Shown here: positions 27,926-42,799 of the stretch, in pieces
Layout of the letters: each line of letters starts with the position of its first letter
Position numbering within the stretch: the first letter of the stretch is position 1
DNA from: the human T2T-CHM13v2.0 reference genome, Homo sapiens
Strand: one strand, 5' to 3'
Assembly: GCF_009914755.1 (NCBI RefSeq)
Contig: NC_060926.1
Length of the DNA: 64,000 nucleotides
Program-made: the position numbers and the translations under genes
The notes under the pieces: generated by a model
Told to the model about the DNA's origin: nothing
The model's input: only the letters and a program-made list of their open reading frames with translations
Database searches by the model: none

Positions 27926-28619
27926 AAAAAATGGCAGAGAAATGGAAGAACGGAGACAAAATAAACTTTATTTACCCTGCACCTAAGCCACTCCTTAGAA
28001 GTAAATTAGAAAAGTAAGTTAACTTGGAGGGTACCCATAGACATCTAATTTTCTATGGTGTCCTCAGCACTTGAATTTGTTAATTTTTAAATGCTAAACT
28101 TTATCACTCAGTTGTCATTCACAACAATTAATTGAGCGTGCACTTTGAGCTTAGCTTTGTTTGTATGCAGTTGTTGCCTTGCATTGTTAGGCATAGAGTT
28201 ACATTTGCTTGTGTTCATTCCTATTGCAACAAAGCAATCCAATGATGGAAATAGAGGACTGAAAATCAAGCCATCCCTGAAAGATTAGTGTTGTACATAA
28301 CTCAGTTCTAAATAGAGTTCTGTCAATTCTTCAATATTAAAAGCAAACATTGCCTCATGAAGTCATCCTGATTTATAGCCACGGCCCTTTATTAGCAATT
28401 ATAACATGGCTATGTCTAGATTTTGAGATATAAAAGTAAACCATATAGTAAATCCTAGTTTAATTAGCCTGTGTTTTCCATTGTAAGAGGCTTTGGCTAG
28501 CAGTGCCTATTCTGGGATAAACAATTAGGTGGTACTGGATTCCTCCGGGATTAGAAAATATATACAATTAAAGACAAACTTTTTCTTGTGTGCTGAACCA
28601 CATGAAAATAGTTACATTT

Positions 28620-29312
28620 CCCACCACTGCCTGGCCCAAGCACTGTCATCTCTCACCTGCACAATTATAATAACCTCCCACCTAGTGCACCTGATTCTCC
28701 TCTTGCCCTTAATGTATTTTCTGCACAGCAATGACAACACCTCCCTTAAAACCTCAATTCGATCATAACCCTTCATTGCTCAAAATCTTTCTAAGGCTTC
28801 CTGTCTCCCGCAAAATAAAATCCAAAGACCTTATAATGAATTAAAAGGTCCTATATTCCCTGGCTTTATTAGCCTCTCTCCACTCCAGTCAGCTGGCCCT
28901 TTCCTGATCCTAAACACACCTCACTGAAAGCCTTTACCCTGCTCCCTGCGCCTCCCCCGACCCTCCTCTGTTCCCTAGATAGCCCCTAGATAACTATATG
29001 GCTTGCTCCTGCATTGCATTCTTGACTGAGTTCAACTCTCGCCTCATTTTAAAGACCTTCTTACCACTCTAAAATAGTCGCTTCAAACAATATCTATTTC
29101 TTTGTCTTGCTTTGTTTTTCATCATAGCACTTGTCAGCACCGGCTGTGCTCTAAATGGATGTGCTTATTTGTTTATTTGCCATGTTTCTCCTCTATAATG
29201 TGAGCTCCCCCTACTGGAGAGCAAGGACTTTGTTTTGTTAACGGTTGTATTCCCGCCATCTAGTACAGTGCCCGGCATATGGTAGACATTCAATAAATAC
29301 TTGCTGATTAAT
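28620..29312 (+). mobile_element. L2 3' portion
   Basis: Ends GTACAGTGCCCGGCATATGGTAGACATTCAATAAATACTTG. Confidence 0.85.
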
Positions 29313-29763
29313 TATATCATGAATGATAATGAATATTTATAGATTATGCAATCTGTATGAATTTTAAAGTCGGGAATTTGAAAGTCATTTCTAAGCTATA
29401 TATTGTCTGAGCTATTACAGTATCAACAAAGGTATGTACAAACAGATTGATGTTTATAACATTGAAAAAAAGTTTCAACTTTCATCTTTCAACCTTGAAC
29501 CTCAAACTTCAACTTTCATCCTGGCAACATGATATATAGAGAGCATAAATCTTTAGGATCTGACTATCTTATAATTGTTGGCCATCAGACTCAGTGTGCA
29601 GCAGCAAACATAGCTGTATTGGGGTTACAGAGCTGTAGTCATTGTTCAGATGTAGCAAGATGTTCCCTATAGTTCCTGGATATATACCATCTGGTGCTGG
29701 AATACTGTAACTTCCACTTCCCCACTGTTCAAGAGAAATATACAGACATACATTGCTCTGCAA

Positions 29764-29971
29764 CAAGAGTCAGCAGACTATGGCATGTGCACCACATCCA
29801 GCTCAGCAGTCTATTTTTGCACAGCCTGAAAGCTATCAATAATTTTTACATTTTAGAGGGTTAAAAACAAAACAGAACAAAACAAAACAAAATGTGATAG
29901 AGCCCATATGTGGCTTAAAAGCTTAAAAGATTTACTGTCTGGCCCTTTAAGGAAACGTTTGCTGACTGCTG
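29764..29971 (+). mobile_element. MER58C-like hAT MITE
   Basis: MER58-type termini; exact 8-bp TSD CTCTGCAA at 29756-29763 and 29972-29979. Confidence 0.85.
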
Positions 29972-30308
29972 CTCTGCAAATTAGGCTGATGAACATGACT
30001 TTGGGAAAGAGAAAGGGTTTTAAAAATGAATGCCTGGAACAGAGAAGGTGTTGAAATACATAGTTCGGCTTTCTGAATCAGTCCCTATTACAAGGGCAAT
30101 GGGTTTGCTAACCTGGGATAGAATGAATAAACTTTTGCAAAGACAGGGAAATGATACTGGCAAGAAAAGCATAAACCTCTCTGTGAACTTTGAATCTTGA
30201 GTTCAAAAAGGGAAAATCTAAATAAAACTAATTTTAGAACTAATCTAAGGCAAAATATGAGTGAGAAGAGAAGAATAAGCCCAGTGGCATTGGGGCCAAG
30301 TTACTCTT

Positions 30309-30712
30309 TGCGGCAGGAACTCCAAGATGTCCATCAGTAATCATTCTCCCTGGCTTTTAATAATGGAGCTTCTTAATTCAAGCTTGGAAGAAGGCTGTCC
30401 ATCTAAGGACAACATTCCCAGTCTCCCATGCAGCTAGACATGGCCATATTCCAGTAAGCAGAATGTGAACAAAAAAGATGCACACCATGTCCATGAGACT
30501 AACTTCTGGATAAGGTGAAATTGCCTGTGTTTCCATTTGCCCCTCCATCTTCCCATTGGCTGGGAGACGGAAGATGCAGATTGAGGTTGCAGTCACCCTA
30601 TCAGCCTTGAAAAGCTTAGCTTGGTAATTTTTTGCAAGAGCAAAATTAGATCCTGTTTCATTTAAACCATTGCCTTTGGTGTGTTCTCTGTGACATCAAC
30701 TTACACTGAAAG
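30309..30712 (+). mobile_element. MLT1 (J/K-like) LTR
   Basis: CATTCCCAGTCTCCCATGCAGCTAGACATGGCCAT and TTTAAACCATTG motifs. Confidence 0.65.
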
Positions 30713-31234
30713 TCAAGACAATAATATTGCTTATGGCATTAGGTTTATATACATCAACGCCAAAATTTTTTTTAACATAAGATAGAGCGATTTTAAATTT
30801 TTAACGAAAGATACAAGACATTTCTTAGTTATCACCAAACTTTTCCTTAAAGGGCCAGAAAGTAAATCTTTTAAGCTTTTAGGTCACATATGGGCTCTAT
30901 CATATTTGTTTTGTTTTGTTTTAACCCACAAAGAATTATACACATGTATGAGCTCACAGTGACATCAACTTACACTGAAAGTCAAGACAATGATATGCTT
31001 ATGACATTAGGTTTATATACATCAATGCCAAAAAATTTTTTAAACATAAGATAGAGTGATTTTAAATTTTTAACAAAAGATACAAGATATTTCTTAGTTA
31101 TCACCAAACTTTTCCTTAAAGGGCCAGACAGTAAATTTTTTAAGCTTTTAGGCCACATATGGGCTCCATCACATTTTGTTTTGTTTTGTTTTGTTTTTAA
31201 CCCACAAAGAATTATACGCATGCATTAGCTCACA
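30690..31234. repeat. Tandem duplication of a ~270-bp unit
   Basis: Units 30690-30958 and 30959-31234 both begin GTGACATCAACTTACACTGAAAGTCAAGACAAT and align throughout. Confidence 0.95.
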
Positions 31235-31287
31235 AGATATGTAAAAATATTGTTATGTTTTCTTTAGAAAATGTTAAGGTTTTCACA

Positions 31288-32480
<1,193 letters not shown>

Positions 32481-32669
32481 ACAAAAATGTTATGTTTTTA
32501 AAATTTTAAACTAAAACTTTGATTAACCATAAATTCATTTCTGTGCAAGAAGGTAAGGAATTCGTGGGTTTTGTTGTTCCAAAGAGCTACCCTGTTGCCC
32601 AAACATCATTTCTTCAATAACCTAGCTTCTCCCCACTGATTCAAAGAGCTAACTTTATTATCCACGCAT

Positions 32670-33345
32670 GTATGCATTCCTTCTTTCACTCCACAAACAC
32701 TGACTGAGTTACTGCTGTGGCATGTTCTGCGCTAGATGCCGGAGGGACAATGATGAGCAGAGAATGGTCCCAGCCATCGTGGAATATGGAGTACCGAGGA
32801 GGAGATCATAATAAGCAAACAGATAAGTATTGCAACTTGCAAAGTGCTGCGAAGGAAACAAATGACCACAGAGAGAAAATAATGAAGCGTAGATGTGGGG
32901 CAGTTTCCTCTCACAGACTGCTTGAAGGAAGTTCCATTGAATGGGAGCTGGAGCTCAAATAATAGGATTGAGCCAGCCTGGGAAAGAGTCGGGGAAAAGC
33001 GCTCCATGTGGAAGGAGCAGCTCATGCAAATGCTCCGTAGGGGGAAAGAACTTGGCTCTATGGAGGACGGAAACTGGCCAGCGTGGCTGAGACCTGCTGA
33101 GCATAGAGAGGCATGCTGTGAGTGAGGTTAGCGGGAGAAGCGGGTCTGGCCACTCAGTGTAGGAATATGGATTTAATTCCAAGTGCAAGGAAAACCATTG
33201 AAAGCTTTTAAGCCAAAGGTTTATATATAACCCTATTATGTTTTTAGGCAATGACTCTGGCTGTCTTGGGGAGAAAGCCTAGAAAGAGATTAATAAAAGA
33301 GATAGGAGACTATAATTTTTAAAATTGGGAAATTATTGCAGTAAA
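32670..33345 (-). mobile_element. L2 fragment
   Basis: Antisense L2 motifs (GGATTTAATTCCAAGTGCAAGGAAAACCATTGAAAG). Confidence 0.75.
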
Positions 33346-33369
33346 TCTAGGGAAAAAAAACTTTCATAT

Positions 33370-34210
33370 ACCTTAGAATTTATTTCCGATATCTATTCCA
33401 TTCCATTGATCTCGATTTTTATTCCTGCACCAGTTTTGTATAGCTTCATAATAGTTTTGATTTGTCATCGAGCAAGTTTTCTCATACCACTCAACTCCGA
33501 ATTTCCTCAATATTCCTGCATGTTTATTCTTCCATTTGATCTTTGCGATGATACTGTCAAGTTCCACAAGTAATCCTGATGAGATTTTGATTGAAAGTGC
33601 CTGAACTTTACAAGTTAATTTAGGGAGAATTAGCATCTTGGTAGTAGTAAGCCTTCCTGTCACCCAAAAGACATATCTCTCTCTACATTTATTTCTGCCT
33701 TCTTGTCTTCCTTTATGACCCTCTGTAAACTCATTTTTATACTAATTTTTGTATGCTAGACCTGTACATTTCTTTTGAAGTTCACTTCTTGATAATTTAG
33801 GGGGTTTTGTCTTTTTTTTTTTTTTTTTTTTTTTTTTATGGAGTCTCGTGCTGTTGCCCAGGCTGCAGTGCAGTGGCGTGATCTCAGCTGACTGCAACCT
33901 CTGCCTCCTAGGTTCAAGGGATTCTCCCGCCTCAGCCTCCTGAGTAGCTGGAATTACAGGCATGCACCACAATGCCCAGCTAATTTTTTTTTTTTTTTTT
34001 TTTGTATTTTTAGTAGAGATGGGGTTTCACCATGTTGGCCAGACTAGGCTGGTCTTGAACTCCTGACCTCAGGTGATCTGCCTGCCTCACCCTCCCAAAG
34101 TGCATGATTACAGGCATGAACCACCATGCCCGGCTTATTTTTTGATAATTTTTGTTATTGTTGTTGTAACTGGGAGTTTTCTTTTGTTATAGGTCCCAAT
34201 AAAACTTTTG
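33370..34210 (-). mobile_element. Old L1 ORF2 fragment with nested antisense AluS (33812-34134)
   Basis: ORF 33373-33663 (KMLILPKL..., WCRNKNRDQWNGI) resembles L1 ORF2p; the Alu dimer is obvious. Confidence 0.8.
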
Positions 34211-34635
34211 TCATATTTCCACATATTTGTAATAGAAAGGGACAAAGGTAATGGAAAGAAGTGAGTTGACTACATTTTTTTCCTGATCCATCAGTCTCAC
34301 TCCGGGGTTGTAGTTTTTGAAATTGAAAATCGGAGTATGCAGGCCTTGTCATCTGGTTCCACCACGACAGCTTCCCTTGAAGCAAAGGAAGCCTCCTGTC
34401 TCCTGACCCATCTGAGGGGAGATTATGGGGGTATGAGGAAGTGTGGGAATAAAAAAATCAATTAATACCTCAAAATGTCATCCCACTGTATTATATATAG
34501 ATTATACATATTTACATTAAACCAGAAACGTTAAATGGGACTTTTTATGTTGTCTCATATTCTGTGACCCTCAAAGACAAAAGTTCACACATACAAGGAG
34601 AGGTGCAAAGCATATTTTGGGACTTGTTATAATGT

Positions 34636-34637
<2 letters not shown>

Positions 34638-34671
<34 letters not shown>
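34638..34671. repeat. (CA)n microsatellite
   Basis: Read directly from the sequence. Confidence 0.95.
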
Positions 34672-34675
<4 letters not shown>

Positions 34676-37600
34676 CCCCCAAAATGCAAAACAGAATCCT
34701 CTGAGGGAAACATAAATTGTTTTATTTTATTCTCAGTACTCTTCTGTGTTTTCTAAATATTTGCTAATAAACCAACTTAATTTTTATGGTCAGAAAAAAA
34801 ACTAAATAGCAAGCCTAACAGAGTTTCAAATAAATTTGAGAAAACAGGGGGAAGATTTCATGCTTAGATATTCTCAAAGAGCACGTGGCTTCAAAGTAAT
34901 GCCTGCACCTAACAACTGAAACCTGACCATAAGATCCCCTGTAATTCCAAAATGGCTAAAGGACAGAAGTAGAGGAAAGAAAGGGAAGAGGATGAAAGGG
35001 GGAGAAACAAAAATTTAAAGAACTCAGTGTGACTCCACCCAGAACTCTTTGATGACTGGGAGAAGCCAGGCCTCTCAGGCTACTTTGTTGTCCCATGTTC
35101 TTCAGCAAGTGGAATCGTTTTCAAAATGGAACCCATGGCCTTCAACAGGCAAGGAAGAGGTAATAGGCCAAATGAGTTGATCTCAGGCTCAAATAACCAG
35201 AGTGCAGAAGAAACCTGTCAATGTCATATCAAAGCCACTTCAGGTAAGAGTTACAAGATCATAGACAATGGGAGGAATGTCTCAGGCCGCAGACAGACAT
35301 GCAGGCCTGAACTTCAAAGAAAGGAACAAAACATGGTACAGAAACAACAGAGAGATGAGCTTGATATTAATTCCAGAAAAAAAAATCTAGTTTGGATGAT
35401 TAAACACTGGCCTTAATCCTTTAAAAGTGCTAGCAATTCAGTTTTTTAAATCCCTGAAAGAAGTTACTCTGGCTTTCTTTCTACTCATTAAATGAGCTCT
35501 AGTTGGTATACGCATGCGATATTCTTTAAGAAAGAGTTTCATTGGGCTCAGATGAGATTTGTAACAGAACAATGTTGCAGAGGCTGAAAGCACAAGCCAT
35601 TCCAGCCCCCAGAACTATCAATGTAGAAACCAGTATTTCTTCAATGGCTATTAATTAATTACCAGGCACTGTGCTGGGTTTGCGACGACTAAGGACTAAG
35701 GAAATGTCCTGTCTCTCAGGACATTCCAGAGGGGAGATAGACGGTAGGTGCTATTATAGCCATGATGGTACTCAGAGACTGGCATATCTGGAACAACATA
35801 AAAATGACATATTATTTTTCCAGGCCATTGGGAAAAGAACTTTAAGTACTTAACATTTGAGGAGGTTCCTCTGGCTGGCAGGCAAAGCTTTGTCCTTCTG
35901 TAGTGAAGGTAAGCAGAAACTGAATGACATTCTTCCTGGGATACTCCAGGTCGCACTGGGATCAAGTTTGGATTGAATGTCTCTGAAGTCTCTTACGTCT
36001 CTAAATACCACACTTCTGTAAGATGAGTCAGGACTGGGAGAGCCAGAAGAGGTTTCCAGGAGGAAGTAAGACTTGATTTGCACCCAAAATGAGGACAGAA
36101 TTTCAATAAATAGAAAGTAGAACACAGCAAATGTGATTGAGTTTCTTCTCACCAAATGTATGCCAGGTAAATTACATTCTCTTCAGAGATTCTGTGAGAT
36201 TCCCAATGTTCTCTAACAAATCCATGTCATGCTTAAACTAACCAGAGTGGATTCTGTTATTTCCACTTCTGAAATTTGCCTATTGCATTGACTCATTGAA
36301 GATCTCATGGATCGGTTGGGTCACACTGTGACTTTGCCTTCTTATTCATCAGGCGTACTATGTGTCATGGAAGATGCTATTCAGGCCTTAATAATTGTGC
36401 TTTTTTTTTAATATCGTGGGTACAGAATTTATGAAATGTTTACACTGTCTCTCAGTATAGTGGATTCTCATTTGTTCACTCCTCCCACCTAAATGTACCA
36501 TGTATTTCTCCAATGTGCTCCTCACCAGGTGGGTAATTCTGCTAACAGGCAAAAATGGATAGAGCAAGATGCCACCAGAGGATACATCTCCCTTCTCCGA
36601 AGCAAGACAGAAAAACAAAACCATGTTTTACATAACACATTCATTTTCTTCTCCCTTTTCTTCTCAAAATTGCTCTCTTACACAAAAGCTCTTTCATCCA
36701 GCAGGAATAAAAAACATTAGTAAGAAAAATGCATACCTAAATACTGTACATTTATACATTCATTAATGATGACAAAGAACAACTTCAAAAGAAAATAGAA
36801 CCAATAAATAATTCATCTGATCTGCCTACACAATGCTGAACAACCAGTTTGCTGTCGTCATCAAATTAGCTGGTTATTTATATATGACATCGTCTCAACC
36901 CAATATTAGTGCAAAGTGGTATATTTGAAAGGACTACAAATTAATGGGACTTTAGATGACTAAAAATAATCTAAATACTCAAATAATTCTTTCCATATTC
37001 ACAAATCCAAAGTCTAGAAGAGAATTTCTAATCTAGCATACTACTAGCATATTTTTACATTTCTATAGAGAAAGCATAGACTTGTTCATGTCTCCAAAGT
37101 ATTCAGGCCCAATTAATACCATTTAAAAGAAGATTGTGATATATTTGAAGTAAGATTATACAAACATATACTCAGCTTTTTAGTGAGGAATTGTTATTTC
37201 CATTTAAAGAAAACTATGTATTACATAATTAATTTACGAGAAATCAACTTAGTGCCTTTTAGGTGATCATTCGTGTCAAGGTTCCCTTTCTCTAAAGGGC
37301 ATCTTGCAAAACTCAATAGTGCCCCATTGTGGAACTGTGGGACAACTGACAGCTAATCCAGGCTTTGCTATTCTTTCTTCTGTTTTGTTTTCTTTATAAG
37401 ATAAACTTTCTCTAGTTTAGAAACTACAACTAAATTTCTTTAGGTGTTAACAAAAACAAAGAACCAATCATATCCATGAGTATGTAAATATACTTATAGA
37501 AGAATGTATATTTCTTAGAAACAAAATGCTTTTAATATTTCCTAACTTGTTACTTTAATGACTATTCCAAAGAGTAAAGAGAAAATAAACGCTACTTGTC

Positions 37601-40294
37601 AAAAGTACTGCCTTATTTTTCTACATATCGTGCCCCAAAGGTAAGTACATTAAAAACTATAAAAAGAACATGGGCGATATCACAGAAAAATCTCTTCTTC
37701 TAAGGATGTGGGAGGAAAATAGTTATAAAATATAATGGCACCTTATTTTCAAGCTTCATCTCATGATTGAAACAATTAAATTTTAAGAGAACAGTATATA
37801 TCATAATTCACACGCATATTTTTTCTTCCTGTTGTGGAATGCACATTCTACAAGTCTAAAATGGAGCAAAATCTTGGGTCCATGCTTAAAGATTGTGCCT
37901 GATATTTCAAATCCTACTGACAAAAAAACACCTCATCTGTAATGTCATCTATCAGGTTGTTGCATGGTTCTAATTAACATTTTCCTCCGCATATTAAGGC
38001 TAGAACTCCTTCCTTGTTTATTCCCCCACTCCCTCATTGCCCCAATATCCCTGAGTCTTCTCTTTTTTAGGTGAATCATCTCCAGAACCTTAAACACTTT
38101 TTCACAAGAGTTGGTTTTGTCTGCTTGTCCCCTTGTTGCAATCTATAGGACTACTCTGTGGAGGACACCACCTCCGAGCTTAAACTAAAACTTAAAAGTA
38201 AAATCATATGAAAGAGGAAAAGCAGGACTATCCAGCCAGATGAGTTTCTAAATCAATGAACAAAGCATCAAAAAAATTGAGTTTCTGTTAAAATATGTTA
38301 CACCATCCATCATTGAAGAAGTACAAGTCAGCAGAAACCTAGAGCAAAAGATTTCAAGAGTAGTGGTAGTCTCATCATAACAATAATAATAATACTTTTT
38401 TTTACAAGTTATAAATGATACTTACAGATATTAAAAGCCAAAAAAAGAAAAAAGTTATAAATAAAATGGCACTAACTCATTTTAAAGAATAAATAACGAT
38501 GGTTAAAGCAAGATGCACTATGATACCTGACAAATTATACGTTTGTAAACACTACAGAGAAACTGAAAGCGTAGATGGAGCAGTGGATGCTGCAAAGCAA
38601 AGAATCACAGATGCACTGGCTGGCATTACAAAGACAAAGTGCTCTGAAATTAGTCAAATACATGACAATGGTTTAAAGAAGATGATTTAAAAAAATAGGA
38701 GCGTGTACGACTACAGATAACGGGTTACTAGATAAATCACAAAATGCCAACAATAAAGAAACATAAGCAGAAAAAAAAATTGCTTAACTGTTTCCTGATC
38801 TGAAGGATCATTTTGGCATGTTGTTATTCAGCACATTAAGAGAGCCCATTTAGTTCCACTCAGAAATAATCCTCACTGACATGTACTTGTCACGATTTTA
38901 TACTTTAACTAAGGCAGGATTTCCAGGCTGCCAGAAAGAAATAGGAAGCAACATTTAAAGATGAAAGTGATAAGAATGAATGTGGACCTTCTTTTGAGAC
39001 TTTTGAAAAATGAAGAATCTTGTAGAAAAAAAATATATGAAGTAGAAGAAACTGACATTGAATTGTGGATTATGTGCTCATCTTCAGGAAACTTGATCGG
39101 TTGGTGACCTGAGCAATCTTCTTCTGACAAGTGCCCTGGGGCCTTTGGCTGGGAGATAATTTTTTGTTAATTTCCTACTTTGAGGTCTTCTTGAACTCAG
39201 GTAGCATAATTTGAGCCCCAACCCTACATGAGTTATAGGTCTTTGATTACAAATTCTCAAAATGCATTTCTTTTTTCTACTCAGAGACTAACCCAAGACA
39301 TCAGAGTTTCATGGCACCTCTGCTGTTGAGTGAAACTTTTTCTAATCTATCCTTTTCCTGAGGTTGTAGCTGTGTAATGACTCTGGCTGTATGCTGGGGA
39401 ATCAGTTACCTTTAGGAGACCCTAAGTCTTCTCTTCTGGCCCTGTGTGAATGCTGAAACCGAAATCCCTAAATTACTAAAACTTAGAGTCCCTCCCCGAC
39501 CCCTTCTCCCCAAGCCAGCGGCAATACCAGTTCACCTGTTTACCTCTCTGGTTTTATTCCCATCCAGACTTTTTTTCTTTCCTGGCCACAGGAGATTTCC
39601 CATACATTCTGCATATTATACAATAAACATATTTGTGCATCATTTTAAATAAATGTATAACTATTATATGGATCTATCATAATTTTTAATGTACCTATTG
39701 AAATGTTTGATTTTTCACAATTAGAAATAATACTTGGGCAAAGATTATAATTTATTTACCTACCTATTGAACTGTTTGATTTTTTTACAAATAGAAATAT
39801 TGCTCCGGTAAATATCCATGTATCTAAACTTTCGTGGAAATGTGTAATGATTTCCTTAAAATAGATTTCTCGTAAAGGATTGCTAGGCCAAAGGTTATGC
39901 GCATGTTCAAGGTTTTCACTTCAGCCATAGACAGCACTCTGTAATACCTTTCTTATGATATTTACCTATTTCTTCCTTATTTTATACTCATTGATGGACT
40001 TAACTTGTATTCCTTACTAGATTTTAAACCTAATGGTAAGTAAATCCACAATATTCCACTAGTTTGAACAAAGCACTTAATAAAAATCTTCTGGCTTGAA
40101 TGTAGCCAAAATTAGTAATTTTAATGGTTCAGAATCAATATTAATAAACTTGTCCTTGAGTTTTATTGGGACACAGCTGCAGCACAGAAAAATGGCCTCT
40201 CAATGCAGTTCCTACCTATCTAGGTTTTGTGCTAGATTTCCAGAGAGAAGAAAGGATGGAAGATTAAAGAATAATAAATGAATCTATGGTGGCA

Positions 40295-41115
40295 AGAGAG
40301 ACAGAAAAAATGGCTAATAAGAATATAAAAAGATGTTCAACTTCATTAGTCATTAGGGAAATGCTATTCAAAGCCACAGTGAAACACCATTTCACACTCA
40401 CTAGGAAGGCTAAATTTTTTTTAAAAACACAAACAATAAAAAATGTTGGTGAGGATGTAGAGAAATTGGAACTCTCACACATTGCAGGTGGAAATATAAA
40501 ATTGTGCAGTCACTTTGGAAAACAATTTGGCAGTTTCTCACAGTGTTAAACATAGTTACCATACAACCTAGTAATTTTATCCCTGGGTATCTACCCAGGA
40601 GAAATGAAAACACATGTCCACACAAAAACCTGTACATAATGTTTATAATAGCATTATTCATAATAGCCCCAAGGTAGAAACAACCCAAATGTCCATCAGC
40701 TGATGACAGGATAAACAAATGTGGTATATCCATTCAATAGAATACTATTTGAACATAAATGAAATGAAGTACTGATAGCACTACAACATAAATAAATGTT
40801 GTAAACACTATGCCTAGTGAAAGAATCCAGTCATAAAAGACCACATATTGTATGATTCTATTGGTATGAAATGCCAGAATAGGCAAATCCATGGAGACAG
40901 AAAGTAGATTAGTGGTTGCCAGGGGCTAGGAGGAGGAAATAATGGGAAGGGAATATTAATTAGCACTGGAGTTTCTTTGGGAATGATAAAAATTGTTCTA
41001 AAATTAGATTATGGTAATGGCTGCACAACCCTGGAAATATACTAAAGAACACTGAATTGTACACTTCAGTGAACTTTATGGTATGTAAATTTTCTCAATA
41101 AATTTGTAAAAAGAG
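40295..41115 (+). mobile_element. L1MB7/8-like 3' fragment
   Basis: ORF 40286-40549 ([18 protein letters not shown]) plus L1MB 3' UTR. Confidence 0.88.
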
Positions 41116-42799
41116 AGAGAGGGGAAAAAAAGAGATCTCAACTCCAATTTACCCTTGTTGTAAGACTCTGTGTTTCATTAATTACCATTCCCATGCATAT
41201 CCAAATCTCTCATTGACTAAATAGCAGTTTGACATTTTTCCTGAAATGATCAGAGCTTACAAAAAGTTCAGATGCACCCTAATGTTCCCCCTCTGCATTT
41301 TTTAAACTGCTGTTTACTTCAGCTTTTATTTATCCATCTTCAATCTTTATTCATTATTTTCTGATTGTAAACAGCTTTGCACTATTTGCTTTGCAGAGGA
41401 ATTTACTAGTGCCCCTAAGACTTGCATTGTTTAACAACCTCTTTCTTTAACTGCCTGCTCCTTTGCAAAAAGTCTTTGGGAGCAGTAAGAAGGAGGATTT
41501 TATCTTTATATGATGTATTCATAAACCTTTGTATATACTCAGCCGTTAAAACTTCTCACAGATTGTGGCTGTAAAATACAAAGCTTGAATGATAAATTTC
41601 AACTGATGGGACCAGTTGTTTCAGAGACAATAAAACACATATCATATAATCTTACTTTAAACACACACTTCTTCACCCACAAACCCACCTCTGCAATTGG
41701 GAAATAGGCATAATGGAGAAATTTTCTGCAAGAAGGCATAAAAACCAGAGTTCTTAAAAATCTACGTCAATCTTCCTCCTCCTCCTCAACATTAACTTCC
41801 ACTGCACTACTATTCCCCACTTTCCCTTCCTGCACCTTCTAGCAATCCCATGGTGATTTTTAATGATAGCTGTTCTCAAATTTGTTTGTAGTTTCTGTGT
41901 ATGGACACTCCTGTAGGAATTTCCAGAGTATTAACCAACCGTTTGAGTAGATTGGTGATGGGGAGGGGAGAGCATCCTTCCGCCTTAGGAGTGCACCTCA
42001 GGGGAAGACAAAGTGGTAATTGTATTGTGGTGAGTGAACGCAAACTGCTGAAGAAATAAGTCACACATCACCTCTAGACAAGGAGGCTCAGTTACAGGGT
42101 GAACCAGTTGTCCAAAGAGATGGAGAGTAAACACCAACCTCAATTCTGCAGAGACTGGGAAGCTCAATGGAGAAAGCCCATTTTTTATTCTTACCAACTA
42201 TTCTGAGAGATGCTAAAAATTTTGCTGGCGGGGGAATGGAATAGATCTGTTTACTTTTTCCCCCACCCCCAGTAAGTTCTCACATAGCCCTCTTTTCTAT
42301 TTTTATGGTTTTCTGCATGTGCTTTGATGTTTTTCTATTTTTTCCCCATTTTCTCTCAAGAGCTCACTCTTAACCACAAAGTACAATGACAGGAAATGTA
42401 CATTTGTTCAAGATAGTATAGAAATGGTTTACATTTTTGCTTCACTTTGCCCAAAGGGGAAGGTGTTTCCAACTACAAAATTAGGGGAAGAGGGAGGGCA
42501 GGCCACACACAGAGAATTTGCACTCTGGTTGACTTGAGTTCACTTTTAAATTTAGAGCCAAGGAAGCTTGAAACTGAAACAAAGGCAATGCATTTGGCTA
42601 TGTGTGGCAGGAAATGACCTTTCCTATGTTGAAATGATAAAATAATTTACCATAAGAAATATCATTTAATAATGAGTAATAGTCTTTTGAAATAATGTGT
42701 TTTTTTAAAAAAAAAAACTGGGTTTCTAACGTATTGTCTAGAGACAGATCCTAATTTGTTAAATAGGTAGGATATATAGTGTTGTGGAACAGGAGAAGA

